From assembly GCA_947454475.1 (NCBI GenBank), contig CANGLD010000002.1, positions 4,129 through 68,128 of the forward strand: DNA of 64,000 nucleotides. Reading direction: 5' to 3'. Every line of letters begins with the position of its first letter. Positions within the stretch are counted from its first letter, which is position 1. The DNA is from Oxalobacteraceae bacterium. GTDB lineage: Bacteria > Pseudomonadota > Gammaproteobacteria > Burkholderiales > Burkholderiaceae_D. A program made the position numbers and the translations under genes. The notes under the pieces were generated by a model that had not been told where the DNA came from, searched no databases, and was given only the letters and a program-made list of their open reading frames with translations. Shown piece by piece: positions 43,233 to 53,762 of this stretch.

Positions 43233-43793
43233 TTATCCTACACTGCGATCTCTTCCTTTTTGCCACATCACATCTTCACCACCAGCAAAGCGATTTAATA
43301 CGCGTGCAATTACAAAAAGTAAATCTGATAAACGATTTACATATTGTCGTGGTTGAGGATGGAGTGTTTCTACTAAACCCAAAGCGACAATAGCGCGTTC
43401 AGCGCGACGACAGACAGTTCTACACACATGGGCTTGTGAAGCAGCGCGTGAACCGGCAGGTAAAATAAATTCAGCAAGTACAGGTAAGGTGCTGTTGTAT
43501 TTCAATAGTAAATTATCGAGTCGCAGTACATGTTCATCTGTGAGTAAGGAAAATCCAGGAATACAGATTTCACCACCTAGATCAAACAAGTCATGTTGAA
43601 TGGTGATTAACTCTTCACGTAATGCATCTGGCATGTCTTCACATAACAGCAAGCCTAAATGTGAATTCAATTCATCTACATCGCCCATAGCCTGAACACG
43701 CAAGGCATCTTTGCTTGTACGGCTTCCGTCACCTAGTCCGGTGGTGCCATCATCACCTGTGCGAGTCGCAATTTTCGATAGTCTGGTTGCCAT
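43233..43793 (-). CDS. PduO-type cob(I)alamin adenosyltransferase
   Basis: TRTGDDGTT, GDVDELNS, RRAER, NRLSD. Confidence 0.92.
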   Translation of the reverse strand: MATRLSKIATRTGDDGTTGLGDGSRTSKDALRVQAMGDVDELNSHLGLLLCEDMPDALREELITIQHDLFDLGGEICIPGFSLLTDEHVLRLDNLLLKYNSTLPVLAEFILPAGSRAASQAHVCRTVCRRAERAIVALGLVETLHPQPRQYVNRLSDLLFVIARVLNRFAGGEDVMWQKGRDRSVG

Positions 43794-43933
43794 TTATTAG
43801 ATGCCTTAAAAGAGATCGGGCAGAGAATACGGGAATTTATTGAAATTCGCTTGATTAATCCTGCCGGCCTCATGTTCAGCGCAGATTATCAGGCCTGTGA
43901 AGGGTAAAATACATGCCCTATGGAGAATTATTC

Positions 43934-45343
43934 ATGAATCATCCTGCCCAACTAACGGAGTTGAGACGTCCATTGCCTGATGCCTTTTTGGCATCATTGC
44001 GTGCGCTATTTGGTGATCGCTTTTCTACTTCGCAGGCCATGCGTGAGCATCATGGTCGCGATGAATCTTCTTACGATCCTATGCTGCCGGATGCGGTGGT
44101 ATTTGCGCACTCGACAGAAGAGGTCGCTGCGGCAGTCTCTTTGTGTAATCAATATAAGGTGCCCCTTATTCCTTATGGCACCGGCACTTCTTTAGAAGGC
44201 CACATACTCGCTTTGTCTGGTGGTTTATCTATCGATTTATTACAAATGAATCGTGTGATTGCGGTGCATGCACAAGATTTGACCGTGACTGTACAACCTG
44301 GTGTAACGCGCAAACAATTAAATACTGAGATTAAAGATACCGGATTATTTTTTCCAATTGATCCCGGTGCAGATGCATCCATAGGCGGTATGACAGCGAC
44401 GCGTGCCTCAGGAACGAATGCAGTACGTTATGGAACCATGCGTGAAAATGTTTTGGGTCTCACAGTCGTGACTGCAGAAGGCAAAATAATTAAAACAGGT
44501 ACGCGTGCAAAAAAATCTTCTGCTGGTTACGATCTCACGCGTTTGTTTGTTGGTAGTGAAGGCACGCTAGGCATTATTACTGAAGTCACGTTAAAGCTAT
44601 ATCCTCAGCCTGAATCGATATCCGCAGCAGTATGCTCGTTTAATGATATTGCGAGCGCAGTGAATACCGTGATTGTGACCATGCAAATGGGTGTACCAGT
44701 CGCGCGTGTGGAATTCTTAGATGAGAATGGTGTAAAAGCGATTAATAAGCACGATAAATTATCGCTACCAGAAAAACCTCTTTTACTGTTTGAATTTCAT
44801 GGCAGTGAACATGGTGTGAAAGAGCAGGCAGAAGTTGTGCAAGAAATAGCACGTGAACACGGTGCGATTGGATTTGAATGGGCAACACGACCAGAAGATC
44901 GTTCTCGATTGTGGCAAGCGCGACATAATGCTTATTTCGCACTCTTACAATTGCGTCCAGGTTGTCGTGCTATTTCAACCGATTGTTGTGTTCCTATTTC
45001 ACACTTAGCTGAAATTTTGCTGGCGACAAAAGCAGATTGCGAACAACAACAATTAATTCATTCCATTATTGGTCACGTAGGTGATGGTAATTTTCATGTG
45101 CAGATGATGGTGGATCCGAATGATCCCGATGATATAGCACGTGCAGAAGGCGTAAACGCAAGAATGGTAGAGCGAGCTATTGCCATGGATGGAACCTGTA
45201 CAGGTGAACATGGTGTTGGTTTGCATAAGATGGATTTCTTAATACAAGAACATGGTGAAGGTGCGATCGATACGATGCGCTCGATTAAGCATGCATTAGA
45301 TCCAAACAATATTCTCAACCCGGGCAAAGTTGTTCGGTGGTGA
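43934..45343 (+). CDS. FAD-linked oxidase (D-lactate dehydrogenase-like)
   Basis: GTGTSLEG, GSEGTLG, GHVGDGNFH, GEHGVG. Confidence 0.88.
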   Translation: MNHPAQLTELRRPLPDAFLASLRALFGDRFSTSQAMREHHGRDESSYDPMLPDAVVFAHSTEEVAAAVSLCNQYKVPLIPYGTGTSLEGHILALSGGLSIDLLQMNRVIAVHAQDLTVTVQPGVTRKQLNTEIKDTGLFFPIDPGADASIGGMTATRASGTNAVRYGTMRENVLGLTVVTAEGKIIKTGTRAKKSSAGYDLTRLFVGSEGTLGIITEVTLKLYPQPESISAAVCSFNDIASAVNTVIVTMQMGVPVARVEFLDENGVKAINKHDKLSLPEKPLLLFEFHGSEHGVKEQAEVVQEIAREHGAIGFEWATRPEDRSRLWQARHNAYFALLQLRPGCRAISTDCCVPISHLAEILLATKADCEQQQLIHSIIGHVGDGNFHVQMMVDPNDPDDIARAEGVNARMVERAIAMDGTCTGEHGVGLHKMDFLIQEHGEGAIDTMRSIKHALDPNNILNPGKVVRW

Positions 45344-45376
45344 TTCATTATTTAGTTAGTCGCAATTAAGGTAAAC

Positions 45377-46267
45377 ATGGCAACCCGTATTCCACCGGTA
45401 CATGCATTGTCGGCATTTGAAGCTGCAGCGCGTCACGGATCTTTTGCATTAGCCGCTGAAGAACTTTGTATTACTCCATCAGCACTCTCCCATCGCATAC
45501 GTTTACTCGAAGAGTTTGTCGGTGAGCGTTTGTTTTTACGTGATGGTCGTAATGTAGGTCTTTCTGAATTTGGTCGTCGTTATCTCGATGTAGTGCGACA
45601 AGCTTTACGCACACTCACTGATTTTCCTATGCCGCGTCGCGCGGCTTCTGCGCAGCCACGTGTCAAAGTCACATTACCTCCAACCTTTGCACGCTATCTG
45701 TTAGTGCCACGTTTAGCGGCATTCACTCAAAGACATCCGGACATTGCAGTTGAAATTTATCTCTCCGTGCCGTTGTATGATTTATCGACAGCGGAAAGCG
45801 ATGTAGAAGTACGTTTCGGCGCTGGTAAATATCCAAATTTACAATCCGACATGTTATTTGCAGAGCCGACTTTTGCTGTTGCGAGTCCAGCGTATTTAAA
45901 ACAAGTCGGTGAAATTGCGACACCGGCTGATTTAGAAAAAGCCACCTTGATTCGTTCAGCACTTGAGCCTTGGCAGCCTTGGTTTGAAGCGGTTGGTTTG
46001 GATTGGCCTGAACCTACTACTGGTATACGTGTGGATGATTTAGGTTTATTACTTGAATTAATTAAACACGGACATGGTGTAGGACTGACGCGTGAGCATT
46101 TTGCGCGCGACATGATAGAGAGTGGTGAGATCGTGCGTTTGTTTGACTTACATCAGGCTACGCCACCGCATGCTTATTATGTCGTCTATGAAAAACAAGT
46201 CCGAGATAGACCAGAAGTTGCACTGTTTTTAGATTGGATACAAGAGGCTTTCCATACAGAGTCATGA
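45377..46267 (+). CDS. LysR (GcvA-like) transcriptional regulator
   Basis: AFEAAARHGSFALAAEEL HTH. Confidence 0.9.
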   Translation: MATRIPPVHALSAFEAAARHGSFALAAEELCITPSALSHRIRLLEEFVGERLFLRDGRNVGLSEFGRRYLDVVRQALRTLTDFPMPRRAASAQPRVKVTLPPTFARYLLVPRLAAFTQRHPDIAVEIYLSVPLYDLSTAESDVEVRFGAGKYPNLQSDMLFAEPTFAVASPAYLKQVGEIATPADLEKATLIRSALEPWQPWFEAVGLDWPEPTTGIRVDDLGLLLELIKHGHGVGLTREHFARDMIESGEIVRLFDLHQATPPHAYYVVYEKQVRDRPEVALFLDWIQEAFHTES

Positions 46268-46467
46268 CTACTTTCAGAGTCCTTTTAACAACTATGCATG
46301 TTACTGAGGGTTCGACTAAAAAAATTCATCTCACCCATCAAGTTTTTCAGCTAAATCGCTAGCGAATTCATGCTCGCAGCGTGCTGCTTTCGTTACACTG
46401 TCAGTCCTGATAAAAAATCGTCCATGCATCCGTATTGGTGGTTTTCTCCGTGTAATGAGTGCAGTCT

Positions 46468-47955
46468 ATGAACGCAAAAACTGAAGCAGCTTTTACACTT
46501 TCCCGACAACATGAAGTCGTTGACGCATTGCGTGCTGTGCTACCTGCACACAGCATCTTGTTTAACGAAGAAGACACACGTCCTTATGAATGTGATGGTT
46601 TGTCGGCATATCGCCAATTACCGATGGTGGTGGTGTTGCCTGAAAACGAAGCACAGATCGTCGATATTTTAAAAATTTGCTTGCGCTTAGCTGTGCAAAT
46701 TGTGCCGCGTGGTGCAGGTACAGGTTTATCCGGCGGTGCTATGCCGATTGCTGATGGCGTGGTGTTATCGACTGCACGTTTAAATAAAATTATTAGCCTC
46801 GATCCTTATGCACGCACAGCGGTGGTTCAACCTGGTGTGCGTAATCTTGCGATTTCAGAAGCTGCGCAAGCACATGGACTGTATTACGCTCCCGATCCTT
46901 CTTCGCAAATTGCGTGCAGCATAGGTGGCAATGTTGCTGAAAACTCGGGCGGTGTGCATTGTCTTAAATACGGACTTACTGTGCACAATGTATTGCGCGT
47001 ACGCGTAGTCACTATCGAAGGCGATATTATTGAATTAGGTAATGAAGCCTTAGATGCATCCGGTTTGGATTTGCTTTCAGTCTTTATAGGTTCAGAGGGC
47101 ATGTTGGGTGTGGCTACTGAAATCACAGTCAAGTTAGTGCCTAAGCCTCAATTAGCACGTGTCATCATGGCTTCATTTGATGATGTCGTGAAAGGTGGCA
47201 ATGCCGTAGCCAATGTGATTGCAGCAGGCATTATTCCAGCTGGACTCGAGATGATGGATAAAACCAGTTCACGTATGGTGGAGCCATTTGTGAAAGCAGG
47301 TTACGACATTGATGCAGAAGCGATTTTGTTGTGTGAATCGGATGGTACTGCTGAAGAAGTAGAAGAAGAAATTCAGCACATGACACAAGTCTTGAATGCT
47401 TCTGGTGCAACGGCAATTGCTGTGTCTAAAGATGAAGCAGAGCGTTTGAAATTTTGGTCGGGTCGTAAAAATGCTTTTCCTGCTGCGGGTCGTATCTCGC
47501 CTGATTATTACTGCATGGATGGCACCATCCCTCGTAAACATTTAGCGAAGGTTTTGCTAGGTATCGCAGAGATGGAAAAAACCTATGGCTTGCGTTGTGC
47601 AAATGTGTTTCATGCGGGTGATGGTAATTTACATCCTTTGATTTTGTTTGATGCAAACCAGCCTGGTGAATTTGATCGCGCAGAAAAATTCGGTGCAGCC
47701 ATACTTGAACTCTGTGTAGAAGTGGGCGGCACCATTACAGGAGAGCATGGTGTAGGCATAGAAAAAATAAATTCTATGTGCGTGCAATATTCTGAACAAG
47801 AGCGCGAAGCATTTTTTGCCGTCAAGCGTGCTTTCGATACAGCGTTTTTGCTTAATCCTGATAAAGCGATTCCTACTCTGGTGCGTTGTGCAGAGTACGG
47901 CAAGATGCATGTCAAACGTGGTGAATTGAAATTTTCTGATTTACCGCGTTTCTGA
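46468..47955 (+). CDS. glcD: Glycolate oxidase subunit GlcD
   Basis: PDPSSQIACSIGGN, HAGDGNLHP; first gene of glcDEF. Confidence 0.93.
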   Translation: MNAKTEAAFTLSRQHEVVDALRAVLPAHSILFNEEDTRPYECDGLSAYRQLPMVVVLPENEAQIVDILKICLRLAVQIVPRGAGTGLSGGAMPIADGVVLSTARLNKIISLDPYARTAVVQPGVRNLAISEAAQAHGLYYAPDPSSQIACSIGGNVAENSGGVHCLKYGLTVHNVLRVRVVTIEGDIIELGNEALDASGLDLLSVFIGSEGMLGVATEITVKLVPKPQLARVIMASFDDVVKGGNAVANVIAAGIIPAGLEMMDKTSSRMVEPFVKAGYDIDAEAILLCESDGTAEEVEEEIQHMTQVLNASGATAIAVSKDEAERLKFWSGRKNAFPAAGRISPDYYCMDGTIPRKHLAKVLLGIAEMEKTYGLRCANVFHAGDGNLHPLILFDANQPGEFDRAEKFGAAILELCVEVGGTITGEHGVGIEKINSMCVQYSEQEREAFFAVKRAFDTAFLLNPDKAIPTLVRCAEYGKMHVKRGELKFSDLPRF

Positions 47956-47969
47956 CGTAAAGAGTCCTT

Positions 47970-49043
47970 ATGGAAAACGTATTACAAACATTTAAAGAGC
48001 GCATTGCGACTGCAACGGCAAGTCATACTCCTTTGCGTATTCAAGGCAATGGCACCAAAGACTGGTATGGCCAAAGCTTGCATGGTGAGGTGCTCGATAC
48101 CAATGCGTATAGCGGCATCATTGCTTATGATCCTACCGAGTTAGTCATCACTGCACGTGCTGGAACAAATTTGCGTGAAATTGGTAAAGCGCTCTCAGAA
48201 AAAAATCAGATGTTGGCTTTTGAGCCACCACGCTATGATGGATTAGCCACGTTAGGTGGCATAGTCGCCAGTGGTTTATCTGGCCCACGTCGTCAAGCAG
48301 TGGGTGCTGTGCGTGATTTTGTATTGGGTGCTGTTCTGATGGATGGTAAAGGTGAGGTGCTGCATTTTGGTGGTCAAGTGATGAAGAATGTTGCTGGCTA
48401 TGATGTCTCGCGTTTACTCACAGGTTCACTCGGTACATTGGGTTTACTGCTTGAAGTATCCATCAAAGTATTGCCGCGCCCAGTAGCGCAGTATTCCATG
48501 CAGTTTGCCATGTCGCAGGAACAGGCACTGCATCAACTCAATACGTGGGGTGGCCAGCCTTTACCACTGTCTGCATCTTGTTGGCATAACGGTGTGTTGA
48601 CAATTCGATTATCAGGTGCACAAGCAGCAGTTGATGCAGCAATTAAAAAAATGGGTGGTGATGCATTGCCAGAGGCAGAAAAATTCTGGGATAGTCTGCG
48701 TGAACAAGAGCATGCATTCTTCGAGGGCGTCATGCAGGATAAAGAGCATGGTTTATGGCGTTTATCTGTGCCTTCGGTTGCGCCTGTTTTTCAACTACAA
48801 GGTGAGCAATGCATAGAATGGGGTGGTGCACAGCGCTGGTTAAAAACTACTGCGAGTGCGTCTGCAATTCGAGCAGCAGCAGAACAAGCCGGTGGTCATG
48901 CTACTTTGTTTAAAGGTGGCGATAAATCTGTAGGTGTATTTCATCCACTGCAACCAGCAGTAGAACGCATACATCGCAATCTTAAAAATGCGTTTGATCC
49001 GGCAGGCATTTTTAATCCTGGCCGAATGTTTAACAATTTCTGA
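47970..49043 (+). CDS. glcE: Glycolate oxidase subunit GlcE
   Basis: VMKNVAGYD, EWGGAQRW. Confidence 0.94.
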   Translation: MENVLQTFKERIATATASHTPLRIQGNGTKDWYGQSLHGEVLDTNAYSGIIAYDPTELVITARAGTNLREIGKALSEKNQMLAFEPPRYDGLATLGGIVASGLSGPRRQAVGAVRDFVLGAVLMDGKGEVLHFGGQVMKNVAGYDVSRLLTGSLGTLGLLLEVSIKVLPRPVAQYSMQFAMSQEQALHQLNTWGGQPLPLSASCWHNGVLTIRLSGAQAAVDAAIKKMGGDALPEAEKFWDSLREQEHAFFEGVMQDKEHGLWRLSVPSVAPVFQLQGEQCIEWGGAQRWLKTTASASAIRAAAEQAGGHATLFKGGDKSVGVFHPLQPAVERIHRNLKNAFDPAGIFNPGRMFNNF

Positions 49044-49045
49044 TT

Positions 49046-50269
49046 ATGCAAACCAATCTCGCCGAGTTCATTAAGCACACACAAGAAGGCCAGGAGGCTG
49101 ATGCTATCTTGCGTAAATGTGTGCATTGCGGATTTTGTACCGCGACTTGTCCCACTTATCAATTATTAGGCGATGAGTTAGACGGACCACGTGGTCGTAT
49201 TTATTTAATGAAGCAAGTATTAGAAGGTAAAGAAGCTACACGCAAAACGCAGTTGCATTTAGATCGTTGCCTGACTTGTCGTAATTGTGAAAGTACTTGT
49301 CCTTCTGGTGTGCAGTATGGACGCTTAGTTGATATAGGTCGTCACTTGGTTGAAAAACAAGTCAGGCGTCCTATGACTGAGCGCGTGCTCAGAACAAGCT
49401 TAAAAGAATTTTTGCCACGTAAGTGGTTATTTAATCCGGCGATGAAGCTAGGGCAGATAGTGCGTCCACTATTACCTTCGGCTATAAAAAATAAAGTACC
49501 AGCAGCGCAATCTGCAGGGATATGGCCTAAGACTACACATAGTCGCAAAATGTTATTACTAGATGGTTGTGTACAACCAGCTATGTCGCCCAACATCAAC
49601 TCTGCGACAGCACGTGTGTTAGATGCACTGGGTGTGGAATTAATTGTTGCTCCTAAAGCAGGATGCTGTGGTGCGATACGCCATCATTTACATGATCAAT
49701 CTGGTGGATTAGAAGATATGCGTCGCAATATTGATGCATGGTGGCCTTATGTGGAAGCTGGCGCAGAAGCGATCGTAATGACGGCATCAGGCTGTGGCAG
49801 CATGGTGAAAGATTACGGACATTTATTAGCGCAAGATACTTTCTATGCAAAGCGCGCACAGAAAATATCGGAGATGACAAAAGATTTATCTGAAATCTTG
49901 CCAGACTTTGAGCAAGAGCTTGCGAAAAAAATTGGAAAGATTGATAAGCGCGTGGCTTATCATCCGCCTTGCACACTACAACACGGCCAACAAATACGTG
50001 GAAAAATAGAAGGCGTATTAAAAGCAGTGGGTGTCGATGTTAAGTTGTGTGCTGAAAGCCATTTATGCTGCGGTTCTGCGGGAACTTATTCAGTGCTGCA
50101 ATCGACCTTATCTACGCAGCTCAGAGATAATAAATTAAAAAATCTAGAGGCGACTAATCCAGAGTTGATAGTCTCTGCAAATATTGGATGCCTAACGCAT
50201 TTGCAATCAGGCACCCAAACAGAAGTCAAACACTGGATAGAATTAATTGATGCTTCATTAAAGCATTAA
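49046..50269 (+). CDS. glcF: Glycolate oxidase Fe-S subunit GlcF
   Basis: Two CxxCxxCxxxCP motifs and two CCG domains. Confidence 0.95.
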   Translation: MQTNLAEFIKHTQEGQEADAILRKCVHCGFCTATCPTYQLLGDELDGPRGRIYLMKQVLEGKEATRKTQLHLDRCLTCRNCESTCPSGVQYGRLVDIGRHLVEKQVRRPMTERVLRTSLKEFLPRKWLFNPAMKLGQIVRPLLPSAIKNKVPAAQSAGIWPKTTHSRKMLLLDGCVQPAMSPNINSATARVLDALGVELIVAPKAGCCGAIRHHLHDQSGGLEDMRRNIDAWWPYVEAGAEAIVMTASGCGSMVKDYGHLLAQDTFYAKRAQKISEMTKDLSEILPDFEQELAKKIGKIDKRVAYHPPCTLQHGQQIRGKIEGVLKAVGVDVKLCAESHLCCGSAGTYSVLQSTLSTQLRDNKLKNLEATNPELIVSANIGCLTHLQSGTQTEVKHWIELIDASLKH

Positions 50270-50300
50270 TACCAACATTCATTTCAGCTATGCTAGGCAA

Positions 50301-50332
50301 TGATTAGCTAGTGCAATCAGACTAGTTAATCA
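50301..50332. terminator. Hairpin between convergent glcF and the effector-like gene
   Basis: TGATTAGCTAGT-N8-ACTAGTTAATCA near-perfect inverted repeat. Confidence 0.5.
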
Positions 50333-50336
50333 CTGC

Positions 50337-52301
50337 TTATACAATTGAATCACTATCATCTTCTACATTCCCATTACTGGGGGTGTGAGGCGGTGTTTCA
50401 CTTGATGCTAGCATGCCCTCTATGTCAGTCGCAGTAGTATGTGCTTGTGCACTAAACCTTCCTTTCACATCGCCATAGACTAATCGTATATAGCCACTTA
50501 TCTCAGTGCGGGTTAAAAATCCCATGAGAGCAAGTGGAGGAGCGAGAACACGGCCATACATTTGGAACCACGCCCTTGTAGTGCTCGTTGCTCGAATAGG
50601 GGCATAAGTACTAATTAATTGAGATGTAATTGCGACTGGCAATAAAGAAATAAATTTTCCAGCAATATCACAAATCGTATCGAGTCGGGTTCCTGGTTGA
50701 TCAGGGTCGCCAGCTATACCTTTGGTCTTTTCTTGCCAAAGTAAATTTACCTCATACCAATAAGAACTAAAGAAGGATGATTTTTTCTCTGCTTTGTCGC
50801 ATTGCAAATTAATTTTATGACATTCTTTTTCAAGTAATGATTTTAAATCTGGATCAGTGACCTTTTTAATTGCAGACTCAAAATCAGATCGACAGGAAGT
50901 AAGATAAATTCTTTCAAGATTCCAGATGGCCTTAGTTTTCGTTACACTTTCAAAGCAGTGAAAGTCTTTAACTTGAGCGCGTATAGCTTGACTAATTACC
51001 ATAGTCAGTGCGCCAGATAATGTGCCTGCTAAAGTTTGCAAGCCTAAGTCTGCAGCAAATCCAGCCATAGTATGAATCGAAAAAAAATCCTCAGGATGGT
51101 AACCGGCTGCAGTAGGAATAGCAGATAAATCAGGTTGATCTAAAGGTGGGCGAAGTACCTCAACGATAAGATTTCGAAAAAGATATAGAGCTAGAAAGCT
51201 AAAAAAAGGTACATCATCAGTGATAACTTTACTGTGCCAATTAATAAAATACGGATCTTTCTTCAAAATTTCTTCAGCAGTTAAACGCTCGCCTTGCCAT
51301 ACAAATTTTATTTTTGATTCTAATCCAGCAGCTTTTCTATGCTGATCACCTTGAGCTCTTGCTCTAGCGCGTTGATGAGTAATTTGTTCTTTAGTAGCGG
51401 GATTTACCCAGGTTGTAGAACGTATCATTCCAGAAAGTGGCCCTGCAACAAAAGTATGTAAAGGCGCAGCAAGAATAGGAATCATGAATGGACCCAATCC
51501 CGGGGTAAGCTTAGCGGCAAGATTTGCTACCCCGAAAGCGCCAAGGTAAGCAACAGTACCCGCGAGTGAGTTATAAAAAACCTTTTCGAAAGTATGTGCT
51601 TTCGCATTTTCTTGATGCACCTTATTGTGCATCTCAAATTTAATTTGATGCTGTTTTGTAGTTTCGGAAATTACATGATCATTAATATATTTTGTAAGTG
51701 ATACATCTATTTTTTTATTTTCTTCAATCATAGATTCATCGTCACCACTAGAGTAGGAAACTTCGCTGGAATCGTCAAATTCAGAGCGTTGAATATCATG
51801 CGATGGATAAACAGGAGTGAGAAAATTAATGAGATCCGTATTGTTTGTGTGATTAAAAGAAGAAGTATTTTTTGGATGATAAAAATCTTTTAAGCTATTG
51901 ATAGATTCTTGAATAAACTCCACGAGTTCTTGTATGCGCTCTTGTCGTGATCTGATCCTTCCATCAAAATCATCATCTTCTTTATCAGAATCATTTTTAG
52001 AAAATAAATATTTTTCGTGCGCTATGCTTAATTGATTCAATTCTTCTAAAGCATTATTAAGCGCTACTGTGGATTTTTTTAAATGATCGCCTAATAGATA
52101 ATATCTATCTCCTGCTCTTTTTAATTCTTGAATAAAAGTTTGCGCGGAAATGTGGTCTATTAGTGAAGTTGTATTTATTTCAGCTTCATTATTATCACTT
52201 TTTTCAGAATTGCTACTTTGCTCAACTCTGCTAGATGATTCCGCATCGCCGTGATCGTAATTTAAATTTAAACGATTAAAGCGTACTAATGTTCGTTCCA
52301 T
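50337..52301 (-). CDS. Putative membrane-associated secreted effector; paralog of 53763
   Basis: Downstream of a chaperone-like gene; acidic Ser-rich termini; several hydrophobic Gly/Ala helices; ends DSIV. Confidence 0.6.
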   Translation of the reverse strand: MERTLVRFNRLNLNYDHGDAESSSRVEQSSNSEKSDNNEAEINTTSLIDHISAQTFIQELKRAGDRYYLLGDHLKKSTVALNNALEELNQLSIAHEKYLFSKNDSDKEDDDFDGRIRSRQERIQELVEFIQESINSLKDFYHPKNTSSFNHTNNTDLINFLTPVYPSHDIQRSEFDDSSEVSYSSGDDESMIEENKKIDVSLTKYINDHVISETTKQHQIKFEMHNKVHQENAKAHTFEKVFYNSLAGTVAYLGAFGVANLAAKLTPGLGPFMIPILAAPLHTFVAGPLSGMIRSTTWVNPATKEQITHQRARARAQGDQHRKAAGLESKIKFVWQGERLTAEEILKKDPYFINWHSKVITDDVPFFSFLALYLFRNLIVEVLRPPLDQPDLSAIPTAAGYHPEDFFSIHTMAGFAADLGLQTLAGTLSGALTMVISQAIRAQVKDFHCFESVTKTKAIWNLERIYLTSCRSDFESAIKKVTDPDLKSLLEKECHKINLQCDKAEKKSSFFSSYWYEVNLLWQEKTKGIAGDPDQPGTRLDTICDIAGKFISLLPVAITSQLISTYAPIRATSTTRAWFQMYGRVLAPPLALMGFLTRTEISGYIRLVYGDVKGRFSAQAHTTATDIEGMLASSETPPHTPSNGNVEDDSDSIV

Positions 52302-52312
52302 ATAACGCCTCT

Positions 52313-52771
52313 TTAAGCAGAATGTAAAAATTGATTTTTTGATGGGAAAGAGCTTTTTAGATTTGAGATAAGCTCAGGGAGTTGTGTGCGCAATTGTTGA
52401 ACGTAAGTCGTCAAGTCCACCAGAATCATGGCAAACTGATTTGATGACATTGTTTCCAAAGTAGAGACATTTTTTTTAAGCACTGCAATATTTCTAATGG
52501 GATCAAAACCACATACGCCTAGTAGTGCATGATTATTTAAAAGATTCATTCCCATCAAAATACAAAGAAGCGATTCTCTATCGTGATTATTTAGTGAAGC
52601 GATATCGACGTATAAAACTATTTCATTACTATCAATTTCTTCATCAAAAAAAATAGTCATTGCTGAGTTGTGTATCGTAATTTTTCCGTATTTACCTAAT
52701 AGCTCAAGGTCTTTCAGCCCAAGTAAAAAACTTGTATCTCTGCAAAGCTGGGTGAATTGTTCCTCGTTCAT
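52313..52771 (-). CDS. Putative class I (CesT-like) type III secretion chaperone
   Basis: 152 aa, acidic, LYVDIA..LMGMNL..GFDP..C-terminal amphipathic helix. Confidence 0.7.
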   Translation of the reverse strand: MNEEQFTQLCRDTSFLLGLKDLELLGKYGKITIHNSAMTIFFDEEIDSNEIVLYVDIASLNNHDRESLLCILMGMNLLNNHALLGVCGFDPIRNIAVLKKNVSTLETMSSNQFAMILVDLTTYVQQLRTQLPELISNLKSSFPSKNQFLHSA

Positions 52772-52857
52772 CTGGCGTCTCCATTATTGTTGTCACGAAA
52801 AGCTAATCAATAAGATTAGTTGAGGATAGTTGTATGTCTGCTGATCGGTGCGCACGC

Positions 52858-52885
52858 TGAGTAACGGACTTCTTTGGTGCGTTCG
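52858..52885 (-). promoter_or_regulatory. Putative ECF/HrpL-like promoter of the leftward chaperone-effector operon
   Basis: Minus strand CGAACG-N15-TTACTCA about 87 bp upstream of ATG 52771. Confidence 0.35.
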
Positions 52886-53205
52886 GTTGCGATGATCAAA
52901 TACTCGATTCGATCAAGTGATCTTGCGTGAGATGCAATGCATCTTAGTGCGAAGAATCAGGAGTGTTGCTGCAACGGTCATTACCTATCAATACATAGTC
53001 ATTGCGAGTTAATCAGAGAATTGAAGGGAAAACGATCGCAATTTTCTGGAGCTAATAAAAATTTTGATTTTTAAAAATCAATTTTATTTGTTGAGTTGAC
53101 TGAGTATTGCGGGCTTATTTCACAGCAAGCTTGTGGTTAATTTGCAACGATATTAATTTCAATTCATTAAATCATTGTTCATAAGATTTTTAAACTTACT
53201 TATTC

Positions 53206-53234
53206 GGAACTTGATTAAATTTAAAAGGTACTGA
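53206..53234 (+). promoter_or_regulatory. Putative ECF/HrpL-like promoter of the rightward chaperone-effector operon
   Basis: GGAACT-N16-GTACTGA. Confidence 0.45.
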
Positions 53235-53274
53235 AATCGCGCATTTATTTTTAAATATTTGCAGAATTTAATGA

Positions 53275-53751
53275 ATGAAAAATAAGGAGATGATTGTGAG
53301 CGAGGCTTATTTAGAAAAATTATGTAGTGAGGCGAGTCAAATACTGCAGTTAGAGGATATCAATGCGTTAGGTAGAGGGGATTATGTTTCATTTGAGGAG
53401 GTAGATTTTTTTCTATTTTCTAATTTTATGAATGATCAGCTAATACGTCTTGTTCTTGATTTAGGTGAAATTGAACAAGACTATAAACCTGAAATTTATG
53501 AAACTATTTTTGCTATGCAGGGAATGTTGGATGGCACTCTAGATGCATTATTTGATTATGACCAAATTCGATCTTGCTTAATGTTTAGAGTTAAGTTGCC
53601 TATTAATTTAAATACCACAGCAGATGGATTGGTTAGTGTCATTAAGTCTTTTATTTTACAAATTAAAGAATGGCGATCCACTTTGTTGAAAAATAAATTG
53701 CTAGGCGATGAAGAGGAGCAAGAAAAAAATCAACATTATTCTTTAGCTTAA
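53275..53751 (+). CDS. Putative class I (CesT-like) type III secretion chaperone (true start may be 53290 or 53296)
   Basis: Acidic 158 aa; LVLDLG..FDYD..QIKEWR; similar layout to 52313; AAGGAG RBS at about 53284. Confidence 0.7.
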   Translation: MKNKEMIVSEAYLEKLCSEASQILQLEDINALGRGDYVSFEEVDFFLFSNFMNDQLIRLVLDLGEIEQDYKPEIYETIFAMQGMLDGTLDALFDYDQIRSCLMFRVKLPINLNTTADGLVSVIKSFILQIKEWRSTLLKNKLLGDEEEQEKNQHYSLA

Positions 53752-53762
53752 GGAGAGATGAA

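Noticed and set aside
52772-53274. PIP/hrpII boxes (TTCG-N16-TTCG) in the effector upstream regions
   Set aside because: Only isolated TTCG half-sites were seen by eye, with no correctly spaced pair.
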